Part shown: piece by piece, positions 38,895-47,412 of the stretch
How positions within the stretch are numbered: position 1 is the stretch's first letter
Layout of the letters: each line of letters starts with the position of its first letter
Assembly (NCBI GenBank): GCA_002428565.1
Contig: DIXA01000026.1
Location: forward strand, 5,435-69,434
Length of the DNA: 64,000 nt
Source: Anaerolineales bacterium UBA6092
Lineage (GTDB): Bacteria > Chloroflexota > Anaerolineae > Anaerolineales > UBA4823
Direction of reading: 5' to 3'
Position numbers and translations under genes: made by a program
Notes under the pieces: generated by a model
Databases searched by the model: none
The model's input: the letters and a program-made list of their open reading frames with translations, nothing else
What the model was told of the DNA's origin: nothing

Positions 38895-38926
38895 AACTCC
38901 CCTCCAGAGGGGGGAGTTTTTGTTTT
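38895..38926 (+). terminator. Rho-independent terminator
   Basis: aactcccc tccagagg ggggagtt followed by tttgtttt. Confidence 0.6.
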
Positions 38927-38979
38927 CTGCCTGGTATCCTGACTTCATCAGCTACTCAATTTTTTCAGAAAGGTGCGCC

Positions 38980-40422
38980 ATGAAAACCAGCTTGCCATGC
39001 TTCATCCTTGTCCTTTGCCTGCTCACCGCCCTTACCCCCGCTGCTGCCGCGCCGGCCATCTCTGGCGAAATCAATTTTGCCGCCCTCGATGATTTCATCA
39101 GTGCCCAAATGTCTAAACACGGCCTGCCTGGCGTCGCCATCGCCGTCATCGAAGATGATAAGATTGCCTACCTCAACGGCTATGGTGTGGATGGCGCCGG
39201 CCGGCCCATGACCGCCCAGACGCAAATGCTGATTGGTTCGCAGAGCAAATCGTTCACCGCCCTGGCGATTGCTCAATTGGTCGAGCAAGGCCAACTCAAC
39301 CTGAATGATCCTGTCCAGGTTTATATTCCCGAGTTTCGGGTGGCCGACGAAAGCGCCTCGGCGCAGATCACCATCAACCATCTGCTGCACCACACCAGTG
39401 GCCTGTCCGATTCTGGTTTTGGCGTTGTGATCCCGCTCGATGCCACCCCGGAGCAAGTCGTCCGAGCACTGGCCCAGGCCCGACTGACTGCCCCCGTCGG
39501 TTCCAGTCACCAATATTTCAACCTGGGCTACAGCATGCTGGCGTATATTGTTGAACTCGTCAGCGGCCAGACCTATGCCGAATATATCCAGGAACACATC
39601 CTGATTCCGCTCGACATGGGCGCATCCACCGCCGACCCCTTCCATGCGGCCGATTTGGCGCCGGGTTACACCCGCTTGTTTGGTTTTCCCGTTCGCATGC
39701 GCGAGGAAATCCCGGCTTATGGCGTGGGTGAAGGCTTCATCGTCTCCACGGCTGAGGACATGGCGCGCTATGCCATTGCCTTTCAAACCGGCGGAGCGGG
39801 CCTGGTATCGCCCGAAATGCTCAAACGCATCCTCACCCCTGGCATCGGTTCCTATGGGATGGGTTGGTATATTTACGATGGCGGCGCAAAAATCGTGCAT
39901 GGCGGCGCCAACCAGACCTTCCGCACCAAGGTCAACCTCTACCCACGCCAAAATCGCGCTTTCGTTCTGCTCACCAACCAGGGCTATCAGGTGGATCATT
40001 TCATCTCCGCCGGACAGCTCACTGCCGGCGTCGAAGCCATCGTCCTCGGGCGCACCCCGCCGCCGGTAAGCCAGGGCTGGTCGGTGCAGCAGATGGGTTG
40101 GGGGCTGGGAGTTTTCGTGCTGGCCCTGACCGCTCTGCACACCCGCAATTTCATCTCCCTGCGGGGCTGGAGCGAACGCAGCCGACAGTGGACCCTTAGC
40201 AAACGAGCCTGGGATGTAGCGATCAGTTTCCTTATCCCTACCTTGATCCTGACGATCGTTTTGTGGCAGGTCAGCAACTTCTATGGCAACCGCTTCAACT
40301 TATGGACGAGTCTGGTTTATATGCGCCTGGGTTTGTCGGATATCTTTATCTTGATGCTGGTGGGCTCGCTGCCCGATTACATCCAGGGTCTGATCAAGAT
40401 TTTCCTGTGGCGGCACAACTAA
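38980..40422 (+). CDS. serine hydrolase (beta-lactamase/transpeptidase-like) with C-terminal TM region
   Basis: Signal peptide. SxxK motif is IGSQSKSFTALAI. Also HLLHHTSGL. Two or three TM helices at the C-terminus. Confidence 0.75.
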   Translation: MKTSLPCFILVLCLLTALTPAAAAPAISGEINFAALDDFISAQMSKHGLPGVAIAVIEDDKIAYLNGYGVDGAGRPMTAQTQMLIGSQSKSFTALAIAQLVEQGQLNLNDPVQVYIPEFRVADESASAQITINHLLHHTSGLSDSGFGVVIPLDATPEQVVRALAQARLTAPVGSSHQYFNLGYSMLAYIVELVSGQTYAEYIQEHILIPLDMGASTADPFHAADLAPGYTRLFGFPVRMREEIPAYGVGEGFIVSTAEDMARYAIAFQTGGAGLVSPEMLKRILTPGIGSYGMGWYIYDGGAKIVHGGANQTFRTKVNLYPRQNRAFVLLTNQGYQVDHFISAGQLTAGVEAIVLGRTPPPVSQGWSVQQMGWGLGVFVLALTALHTRNFISLRGWSERSRQWTLSKRAWDVAISFLIPTLILTIVLWQVSNFYGNRFNLWTSLVYMRLGLSDIFILMLVGSLPDYIQGLIKIFLWRHN

Positions 40423-40436
40423 CCGCTCCACCTGCC

Positions 40437-40658
40437 AGCCCCAACCGCTCGGTGACGCTGATGGCATAGTAATTGCCGTCCCACAGGTTGATGTTCTGCG
40501 CGGCCAGCACACCCGCCAGGGCCTCGTGGTTCTGCGTGCCGGTCTCGAAGCGCCCCGGCAGCGAGTCTGGTGCGGGGCGCACTTTGTAGGCGAAGAGGTC
40601 GTCCAGCAGGTCATAGCGGCCGTAGAGGATGCCGCAATGAGGACCGAAAAATTTGTGT
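40437..40658 (-). pseudogene. class V aminotransferase 3'-end fragment, copy B (internally deleted)
   Basis: HKFFGPHCGILYGRYDLLDDLFAYKVRPAPDSLPGRFETGTQNHEALAGVL joined directly to AAQNINLWDGNYYAISVTERLGL. Its 5' breakpoint is the same as copy D's. Confidence 0.7.
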
Positions 40659-40754
40659 TGTAAGACACATTACACAAACCGGCCTGAGGCTGACCGCCCG
40701 GCTGGTGGTGGGGGTGTAGGCGAGGTGCGATGACGTAAGAACCCAACGGATATT

Positions 40755-40784
40755 AAAAGAACCTGTCAGGCGGCAGGCTCTTTT
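40755..40784 (-). terminator. hairpin with flanking A/T runs downstream of kdpE
   Basis: aaaagaacctg tcaggcgg caggctctttt. Confidence 0.45.
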
Positions 40785-40883
40785 AATTGACAACCTGTAA
40801 GTATAGAATACACCCTCCAAGTCAGTTTGGCCCGGAGGGTGCGCTTTGCTAAAACGACTCCATCTCCCGATTCCCGAGGCTGG

Positions 40884-41579
40884 CTACAATTGTATGCGCA
40901 GGCGGTAACCTACACCCGGCTCAGTGATGATCAGCTCGGGGCGACCGGGGTCAGCCTCGATCTTGCGCCGCAGGTTGCTGATGTTGACCCGCAACAGGTG
41001 CGCCTCTTCAGCGTATCCGCCCCCCCATACCTTGAGGATGATATGCTGATGGGTCAGCACCTTCCCAGCATTCTGCACCAGGATTTTTAAGATGTCGTAT
41101 TCGGTGGGGGTCAGGTTGATCTCCTGGCCATCTTTGGTCACCTGGCGGCAAGCCAGGTCAACCGTCAGGCTGCCAGCGGTGAATACCGGCTCGCCGGTGC
41201 CACTTTGCAGGCTGCGCCGCAGCACGCCGCGCAAGCGCGCCATCAGTTCGCCCATGCCAAAGGGCTTGGTGAGGTAATCATCGGCCCCGGCATCCAGCGC
41301 CTGAATCTTATCCGATTCGCGGTCGCGCACCGACAGGATGATGATGGGGGTATCCGTCCATTCGCGCAGCTGCTGCGTGACCTGGATGCCGTCCATATCC
41401 GGCAGCCCCAGGTCCAGGAAGATAATATCGGGGCGCTGCTCGGCGGTGATGGCCAGCGCTTCGCTGCCGTTAGCCGCCTCCAGCACGGTATAGCCATGGG
41501 TAGAGAGCGAGGCGCGCAAAAAGCGTCGAATGGCGCGCTCATCATCCACCACTAATATCCGCAAACCATCTTCTGTCAT
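40884..41579 (-). CDS. kdpE: OmpR-family response regulator, KdpE-like
   Basis: ILVVDDE...LDLGLPDMDG...IIILSVRDRESDKIQALDAGADDYLTKPFGMGELMARLR plus a winged-helix C-terminus. Overlaps the kinase gene by 4 nt. Confidence 0.8.
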   Translation of the reverse strand: MTEDGLRILVVDDERAIRRFLRASLSTHGYTVLEAANGSEALAITAEQRPDIIFLDLGLPDMDGIQVTQQLREWTDTPIIILSVRDRESDKIQALDAGADDYLTKPFGMGELMARLRGVLRRSLQSGTGEPVFTAGSLTVDLACRQVTKDGQEINLTPTEYDILKILVQNAGKVLTHQHIILKVWGGGYAEEAHLLRVNISNLRRKIEADPGRPELIITEPGVGYRLRIQL

Positions 41580-43114
41580 GTTCCATTCACTCCCTGCCTG
41601 GCAGGCAGGCAAATGCTAATCGTCAGGCCGCCTGCGGGGCGGTTGTGGGCCTGGATATGCCCGCCATGGGCTTCCACAATGCCCTTGCTGATGGATAACC
41701 CCAGCCCCAGCCCAGCCACATGCTGCATGTGCGGCGAGCGGTAGAACTTGTTAAAAACGCGCTCCAAATCTTCTGCTGGGATGCCTGGGCCTTGATCGCT
41801 GACCTCAATGCAGGCCGATTCACCAGCCATGCTGCAGGCGATCTCAATGGTGCTGGCCTCAGGGGAGTACTTGGCGGCATTTTCCAGCAGGTTCACCAAC
41901 ACTTCCACCATCAGGTTCACATCCATCTCAATCAGAGGCAGGTCGGGGGCAAAGCTGGTCTGCACGGTGCGGTTATGGCGGCGCTCACCGAAGCGCGCAA
42001 TGGCGATGCCAGCCAGGTCTTCCAGGTCGCAAGGCTCAAGCGAAAGGCGCAGCGCGCCCGATTCCAGGCGGCTCATATCCAGCAGGTTGCCCACCAGCAG
42101 GTTCATGTGCCGGGCTTCTTCGTAGGCGGTTTCCACCAGTTCCTCTCGAGCCGATTGCTGATCTGGAGAGTTGATCGCGCCGGTCTCCAGCAAGGTGCTC
42201 AACGCGCCGGTGATGGAAACCAACGGCGTGCGCAGCTCGTGCGAGATGCTGCTGAGCAGGGCGTGCTGCAGGCGCTCTGTGTTTTGCAGCACCTGGGCCT
42301 GGCTGGCCTGCTCTGCCAGGCGGGCGCGCTCGATGGCCAGGGCAGCCAGGTTGGCAAAGCCGCGCAGCAGGCTGCGCTGGGTCGTACTGACCAGCGCCTT
42401 TTTTTCCTCTCCGGGGTCAATCCCCAAGATGCCCACCAACCCGTAACTGGTGCGCAACGGCAGGTATTCCAACTGGCCTGGCTCGCCTGGATCGGAGGTG
42501 CCGGGCAGACTATGGAACATGTCTTCGGCCCTGGAGAGGTCAACCGGGCGCAGCGCATCGTCCGGGCTGGAATCGGCTGCCAGGCTCAGGCCTTCTTGAT
42601 CAGGCAAGAACACCACCACGCGGGTACTGAAAGATTGGTGGATGTGCTGCACCACCGAGCGCAGCATATCGCTGAGCAATACAGCGCTGGTGAGATCCTG
42701 GCTGAGCGAATTCAGGGCCGCGGTGTGCGCCTCGCGCTGGCGCACGATCTCCACCTGGGTGCGCAGTTGGGTCACGGTGGTGCTGATCACCAGCCCCACT
42801 GCCAGCAGACCAAAGAAGGTCAGCAGGTATTGGGTATCGGCCACGCTCAGGCTCAGGCGCGGCTCTACCAGGAAAAAGTCGAAGGTCAGCACGCTGAGCA
42901 ATGAGGCCAGGATAGCCGGGCCGCGTCCCAGGAAGACCGCCGCCAGCACCACAGCCGCCAGGTACAGCATCACCAGGTTCTCTGCGGCAATGACAAAATG
43001 CAGCGGGAAGCTGATGGCTGAGGCCAGCAAGACCAGCAGGAGGCTCCAGGTATAGCGCCACAGGGCATTCCAGCGCTGGCTGCGAAAAGGCGAGGACAGG
43101 TCGATGGCATTCAT
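41576..43114 (-). CDS. KdpD-type sensor histidine kinase lacking the N-terminal KdpD/Usp domains (DUF4118 TM, GAF-like, HisKA, HATPase_c)
   Basis: DUF4118-like TM block (LYLAAVVLAAVFLGRGPAILASLLSVLTFDFFLVEP). H-box is SISHELRTPL. ATPase region NLLENAAKYSP...DQGPGIP...GLGLSI. Confidence 0.8.
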   Translation of the reverse strand: MNAIDLSSPFRSQRWNALWRYTWSLLLVLLASAISFPLHFVIAAENLVMLYLAAVVLAAVFLGRGPAILASLLSVLTFDFFLVEPRLSLSVADTQYLLTFFGLLAVGLVISTTVTQLRTQVEIVRQREAHTAALNSLSQDLTSAVLLSDMLRSVVQHIHQSFSTRVVVFLPDQEGLSLAADSSPDDALRPVDLSRAEDMFHSLPGTSDPGEPGQLEYLPLRTSYGLVGILGIDPGEEKKALVSTTQRSLLRGFANLAALAIERARLAEQASQAQVLQNTERLQHALLSSISHELRTPLVSITGALSTLLETGAINSPDQQSAREELVETAYEEARHMNLLVGNLLDMSRLESGALRLSLEPCDLEDLAGIAIARFGERRHNRTVQTSFAPDLPLIEMDVNLMVEVLVNLLENAAKYSPEASTIEIACSMAGESACIEVSDQGPGIPAEDLERVFNKFYRSPHMQHVAGLGLGLSISKGIVEAHGGHIQAHNRPAGGLTISICLPARQGVNGT

Positions 43115-43125
43115 CCTACCTGATT

Positions 43126-45075
43126 CTAATGCACTTGGTAGGGAACTTCAATGATCACCAGGTTTTCTTTGCGGCGCAGCACTTTCTGCAAGGTTTGGGC
43201 CGTGCGCATGTGCAACAGGTTGGCCATCCCCGACTCGGGGACGAAGGTGGGCACGATGATCGTGATGATCTCGTTCTCTTTCTTGTGCGCTTCCACGTAA
43301 GCCAGGTATTCGAGCAGCGGCTCGATCATCAGGCGGTAGGGTGACTGTAAGATGACCAGGCGGTGGCCCTCCCCGTAGATCTGCCATTTCTTTTCCAGTT
43401 TCTCCGCCTCGGTTGGCTCAATGGAGACATGCACGGCGGTGATATCGTGCGACAGGCGTTTGGCGTAGTGCAGGGCAGCCAGCGAACCCTGATGCAGCCC
43501 GCTGACGAGCAGGATAACCCGGTTGCGTTGGATGGCGAGCGGGGCAAGCTGGGTATCGAGCGAGAGTTGGCGGGCCAGGTTCTTATAATGGCGGTGGATG
43601 AGAAAGAAGATTGTTACCAGCACAGGCAAAATGAACACAATGATCCATGCGCCTTCGGTGAACTTGGTCATGCCAAAGACACCCATCACGATGACAGTAC
43701 ACACCGCGCCAAAGCCGTTGACAACCATCTTGAACGTCCAGTTGCGGTCGTGCTTTAATACAGAGCCTGGCTCTTTGACCTCCAAACCTGGTTGGAGATG
43801 CCCGGATTTCCACCAGCGGCGGGCCATGCCGGCCTGTGACAGGGTGAAGGACAAGAACACACCGATGGCATACAGCGGGATCAGGCGGCTGACGCTGGCC
43901 TGGAACAGGACGATGAGCAGACAGGCGATGAAGGCCAGCAAGACGATGCCATTGGAATACACCAGGCGGCTGCCGCGGTAGGTCAGTTGGCGGGGCAGGT
44001 AGCCATCCCCGGCTTGCAGCGCTCCCAGGCGGGGAAAATCGGCAAAGGCGGTGTTGGCTGCCAGAACCAGGATCAAGGCGGTTCCCGCAATAATGGCCAG
44101 GTAAAAGATATTTTGCCCGCCGTAGATGGTACGGGCAAGCTGCGAGATCACCGTTTCCGTTTCGGAGGGTACAGCCTGGATGCGGTTGGCCAGGATGGTG
44201 ATGCTCAGGAACAGGGTACCTAAAATGGAGGACATCCAGATCAGGGTGATGCCCGCATTGCGGCTGCGCGGCTCTTTGAAAGCCGTGATGCCGTTGGAGA
44301 TGGCCTCGATGCCGGTGAGGGCGGCGGTACCATTGGCAAAGGCGTGCAGCAGCAGGAAGGGGGTCACAGCAGCCAGCGCCTCCCCAGCGTGCATTTCCAG
44401 TTCGGGCGGGTTCACCACGGCGCCCAAGCTCCCAGTCAGGTAGCGGAACAGACCAACTCCTACCGTGATGAACATGGTGGCGACAAAGAAGTAGGTGGGG
44501 ATGGCAAAGGTAACCCCCGATTCTTTGACCCCGCGCAGGTTAATCAGCATCACAAACGCCACCAGACACACTGCGATCCAGACCCGATACTCATACAGCG
44601 CAGGAAATGCAGAGGTGATTTGTGCTACACCTGATGAGACCGACACCGCCACGGTCAGGATATAATCCGTCAGCAGGGCCGCCCCAGCAGCCTGGGCAGG
44701 CAGCTCGCCCAGGTTATCGCGGGCTACGATGTAGGCGCCGCCGCCGCCCGGGTAAGCATGGATGGTTTGCTCATACGAGATGGTGACGATCAGCATTAAC
44801 ACAGTAATGGCGATGGCGATGGGGATGGAGTACTTAAAAGCGCCTGCCCCAGCGATGGCCAGCACCATTAAGATTTCCTGCGTGGCATAAGCCGTGGAGG
44901 ATAAGGCATCCGAAGCAAAAACGGCCAGGCCCACCATCTTACCAATGGTCTGGTGCGGCGCATCGGCGGTGGCCAGGGGGCGGCCGATGAGGGCAGAGCG
45001 CCAGGAGCGCGGCGTCTTGGCGTCAGTTTCAATTTCAAAGATATTGGTTTGCTCTTCATGAGCGACAACATTCAT
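43126..45075 (-). CDS. kimA: APC-superfamily K+ transporter, KimA(YdaO)-like, with C-terminal cytoplasmic domain
   Basis: LAVFASDALSSTAYATQEIL...AYPGGGGAYIVARDNLGE...LTDYILTVAVS...AANTAFADFP...IPLYAIGVF.SFTLSQ.GM closely follows my recollection of B. subtilis KimA. The ORF extends to 45111. Confidence 0.65.
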   Translation of the reverse strand: MNVVAHEEQTNIFEIETDAKTPRSWRSALIGRPLATADAPHQTIGKMVGLAVFASDALSSTAYATQEILMVLAIAGAGAFKYSIPIAIAITVLMLIVTISYEQTIHAYPGGGGAYIVARDNLGELPAQAAGAALLTDYILTVAVSVSSGVAQITSAFPALYEYRVWIAVCLVAFVMLINLRGVKESGVTFAIPTYFFVATMFITVGVGLFRYLTGSLGAVVNPPELEMHAGEALAAVTPFLLLHAFANGTAALTGIEAISNGITAFKEPRSRNAGITLIWMSSILGTLFLSITILANRIQAVPSETETVISQLARTIYGGQNIFYLAIIAGTALILVLAANTAFADFPRLGALQAGDGYLPRQLTYRGSRLVYSNGIVLLAFIACLLIVLFQASVSRLIPLYAIGVFLSFTLSQAGMARRWWKSGHLQPGLEVKEPGSVLKHDRNWTFKMVVNGFGAVCTVIVMGVFGMTKFTEGAWIIVFILPVLVTIFFLIHRHYKNLARQLSLDTQLAPLAIQRNRVILLVSGLHQGSLAALHYAKRLSHDITAVHVSIEPTEAEKLEKKWQIYGEGHRLVILQSPYRLMIEPLLEYLAYVEAHKKENEIITIIVPTFVPESGMANLLHMRTAQTLQKVLRRKENLVIIEVPYQVH

Positions 45076-45163
45076 AAAATAAAAATCCTTCCGTTGGTAG
45101 ATCAGTGACAAAACGACCTGATCTTACCCCCTTTCGGGTCAAAATCCGGTCAATAATCCACCT

Positions 45164-45195
45164 GGCGGTGTCAAGAAAGCGTCAAGACGAAGACC
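45164..45195 (-). promoter_or_regulatory. weak SARP-box-like candidate upstream of kimA
   Basis: Minus strand reads TTGACGC-tttc-TTGACAC-cgccaggt-GGATTA. Repeat spacing is correct but the -10 is poor. Confidence 0.2.
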
Positions 45196-45479
45196 CTGTT
45201 CCCCTGCCTGAAACCATGGATAAACTTTCCACCCATCCTCCCAAACGCTGCGCCCCTCCCTCCATGAACACCGCCACAGGCGTGGGCGATCATATCCCAA
45301 GCGAACACGAACTATGGCGTCGGCAAGACTAAAACTGGCGCATGCCCCCATCTGCGAGGGTGCGTGGGTGGTTGGCGTGGCGGTGGAGAGGGGAGAGGGT
45401 AGCCCTGGTTGTATGCTCCTACCCTTCCACCCACACCCTGAGCGCGCGGTGTGAGTTGATGCAGCCCCCGTATAACAAA

Positions 45480-45508
45480 GAAAACTCGGATGTAAGCTCC
45501 GAGTTTTC
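45480..45508. terminator. hairpin with A-run and T-run (bidirectional terminator-like)
   Basis: gaaaactcgga tgtaagc tccgagttttc, immediately 3' of fragment copy C on the minus strand. Confidence 0.5.
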
Positions 45509-45520
45509 AAATACAGTAAG

Positions 45521-45751
45521 CGCTACGAGCGCTACACCAACCCCCTCAACGCCTCCCGCAACCGCCCCGCCTCCTCCAGCGTGTTGTAATGCACGGGACC
45601 CACGCGCAGCATGCCGCCGGATTCTTCCAGCCCCAACCGCTCGGTGACGCTGATGGCATAGTAATTGCCGTCCCACAGGTTGATGTTCTGCGCGGCCATC
45701 TTCTCCGCCACAGCACGCGGATGCCAGCCTTCCAGCGTGAAGGCGAAGGTA
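45521..45751 (-). pseudogene. class V aminotransferase 3'-end fragment, copy C
   Basis: ...TFAFTLEGWHPRAVAEKMAAQNINLWDGNYYAISVTERLGLEESGGMLRVGPVHYNTLEEAGRLREALRGLV*. Shares about 15 nt beyond the stop codon with copy A. Confidence 0.75.
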
Positions 45752-45782
45752 CGACACAATGATATTGCGGCAAACCAAACCT

Positions 45783-45819
45783 TTGCCGGTCTGCACCCTG
45801 GTGGCGCAGACCGGCAAAA
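45783..45819 (-). terminator. 13-bp stem hairpin downstream of the PbH1 gene
   Basis: tttgccggtctgc ... gcagaccggcaaa, with flanking A/T runs. Confidence 0.5.
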
Positions 45820-45836
45820 ATATTCTCCTGTTTCGG

Positions 45837-47291
45837 CTACTTTTTCACCATCATCGGCAGATAAATAATCTCCACCGGTATCTGCGGCCCAAAGGTACAA
45901 GGCAGCGAGAATTCGGAAGTGTTGCCGCCTGCGTCAATGGTGATAGCCGTCACTTTGGGACCAGTGATATCACCATAATAATTCCAATTACCATCGCCAT
46001 CCGCAGAGGTGAAACCGTGATAGGTTTGGCCCTGATTGCTAGAGTCTGAGAACACCTCTACGGTGCAAAAAGCACAGGCGGTACCCCATGCGCCAGCGGT
46101 GTCAGCAGCAAAGATGTCCGGTGCAGCCCGATTGGCATTTCCTCCATCCCTCAGATCAATACCGCCCAAGCTATTGCCGTAGATACTGTTCTTACTGATT
46201 ACGTTGCCCGTAGCACTCGTTCCGGAAATAGTAATCCCCTTACGAACATTCTCTGCAATCGTGTTCGACAGGATGGTGTTCCCGCTTCCGTCCAGGATAT
46301 AGATACCGTCATCTCCATTCTGGCGGATGGTGTTCGCTTCCACAATGTTATTGTGGCTATTATTGATGGATATGCCTCGCAGACCGTTCATAGAAATGGT
46401 GTTGCCCGCCAATACGTCCCCGCCCACGCGATTGCTCTGTGCGCCACTTGCAATCATGATCCCGTGCTCACCATTACCGATCTTCTGCGAACCCACGGCA
46501 GGCGGGCCAATGAAGTTGCCTCCCAGCAGGTTGCCATTTGAGCCGCTGCCCGCAATGTAAACGCCAGCGTTCGTATTGCCCGAGATGTAGTTCCCCTGCC
46601 AGGACTGGTAGCCGCCGATGATGTTGTCATGGGCGCCAGCGACAATATAAATGCCAATTTTATTTGGAACTGCGTCGCTCCCAGCAATGCCTAAGCCAAT
46701 CCAATTGCACTGAATCAGGTTATGATGTGCATCGGCATTGCCAATGTAGATACCATAGTCCGCATTGTTGGAAATCACATTACGAGCGCCCACTGGCTGA
46801 TCGCCGATGATGCTATAAGAAGAGTATATCGTGATCGCTGTATCACAATTGTAAATGTAAAACCCATAGATATGGGCGTAGTCCGCTAGGATTGTAAAAC
46901 AGGATATGCTCTGGTCCACACCATTGATATTGACACCAGGTCGATCCTCAGCGTCATTCCAAACCCCGCTGGCATTCAAGATCGTTGCAGCTTCGATGGT
47001 CAGGGTTCCTTCCCCAGAATCCAGGTAGATGGTCATGGGAGAGGCAAAGGTGATCGTGTTTTCGCCGCCTAACGCATTGGTTTCTTCAATCGCTGCCCGC
47101 AGGGTACACTCATCCAGCGTGCTTAAGCAGTTGCCATCGCCAGGGTTTTTATCGTGCGCCGAGCTATCATCCAAACTGCTGTCCACCACGAAGGAGACCG
47201 TTTGCCGGGCGGCCGCGGGCTGAAAGTTTGCCAGGGAGACCAGCATGGCCAGGAGTAAAAAGAGAACCATGAATTTATGGTAGGTTTTCAT
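45837..47291 (-). CDS. secreted right-handed parallel beta-helix (PbH1) repeat protein; C-terminal IYLPMMVKK tail
   Basis: ATG 47291 follows GAAAGGTG. Has a signal peptide. Motifs CTLRAAIEETN...NTITFA. Many NN.I.GN-type helix turns. Paralog of 47413-49188. Confidence 0.8.
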   Translation of the reverse strand: MKTYHKFMVLFLLLAMLVSLANFQPAAARQTVSFVVDSSLDDSSAHDKNPGDGNCLSTLDECTLRAAIEETNALGGENTITFASPMTIYLDSGEGTLTIEAATILNASGVWNDAEDRPGVNINGVDQSISCFTILADYAHIYGFYIYNCDTAITIYSSYSIIGDQPVGARNVISNNADYGIYIGNADAHHNLIQCNWIGLGIAGSDAVPNKIGIYIVAGAHDNIIGGYQSWQGNYISGNTNAGVYIAGSGSNGNLLGGNFIGPPAVGSQKIGNGEHGIMIASGAQSNRVGGDVLAGNTISMNGLRGISINNSHNNIVEANTIRQNGDDGIYILDGSGNTILSNTIAENVRKGITISGTSATGNVISKNSIYGNSLGGIDLRDGGNANRAAPDIFAADTAGAWGTACAFCTVEVFSDSSNQGQTYHGFTSADGDGNWNYYGDITGPKVTAITIDAGGNTSEFSLPCTFGPQIPVEIIYLPMMVKK

Positions 47292-47357
47292 CTCATTCAC
47301 CTTTCTCATTGCTGATTTTTGGGGTTGATAGGCAGATACCGTGGCAGCCTGTAAATT

Positions 47358-47394
47358 GGGGGTATTTTTCGGGCAAAGCCCGAAAAATACCCCC
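47358..47394 (-). terminator. 17-bp perfect-stem hairpin between the two PbH1 genes
   Basis: gggggtatttttcgggc aaa gcccgaaaaataccccc. Confidence 0.4.
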
Positions 47395-47412
47395 ACAGAA
47401 CTCTCATAGAGC

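Noticed and set aside
40611-41090. ORFs 40611-40820 (-) and 40827-41090 (+) in the kdpE downstream region
   Set aside because: The first spans fragment copy B flank and a terminator hairpin. The second is antisense to kdpE. Neither has motifs or translation signals.
45112-45480. c-di-AMP (ydaO/kimA) riboswitch in the kimA leader
   Set aside because: I could not locate the conserved ydaO core segments by eye. Isolated GGGGA/CCCG-like strings are expected in GC-rich DNA. This needs an Infernal scan.
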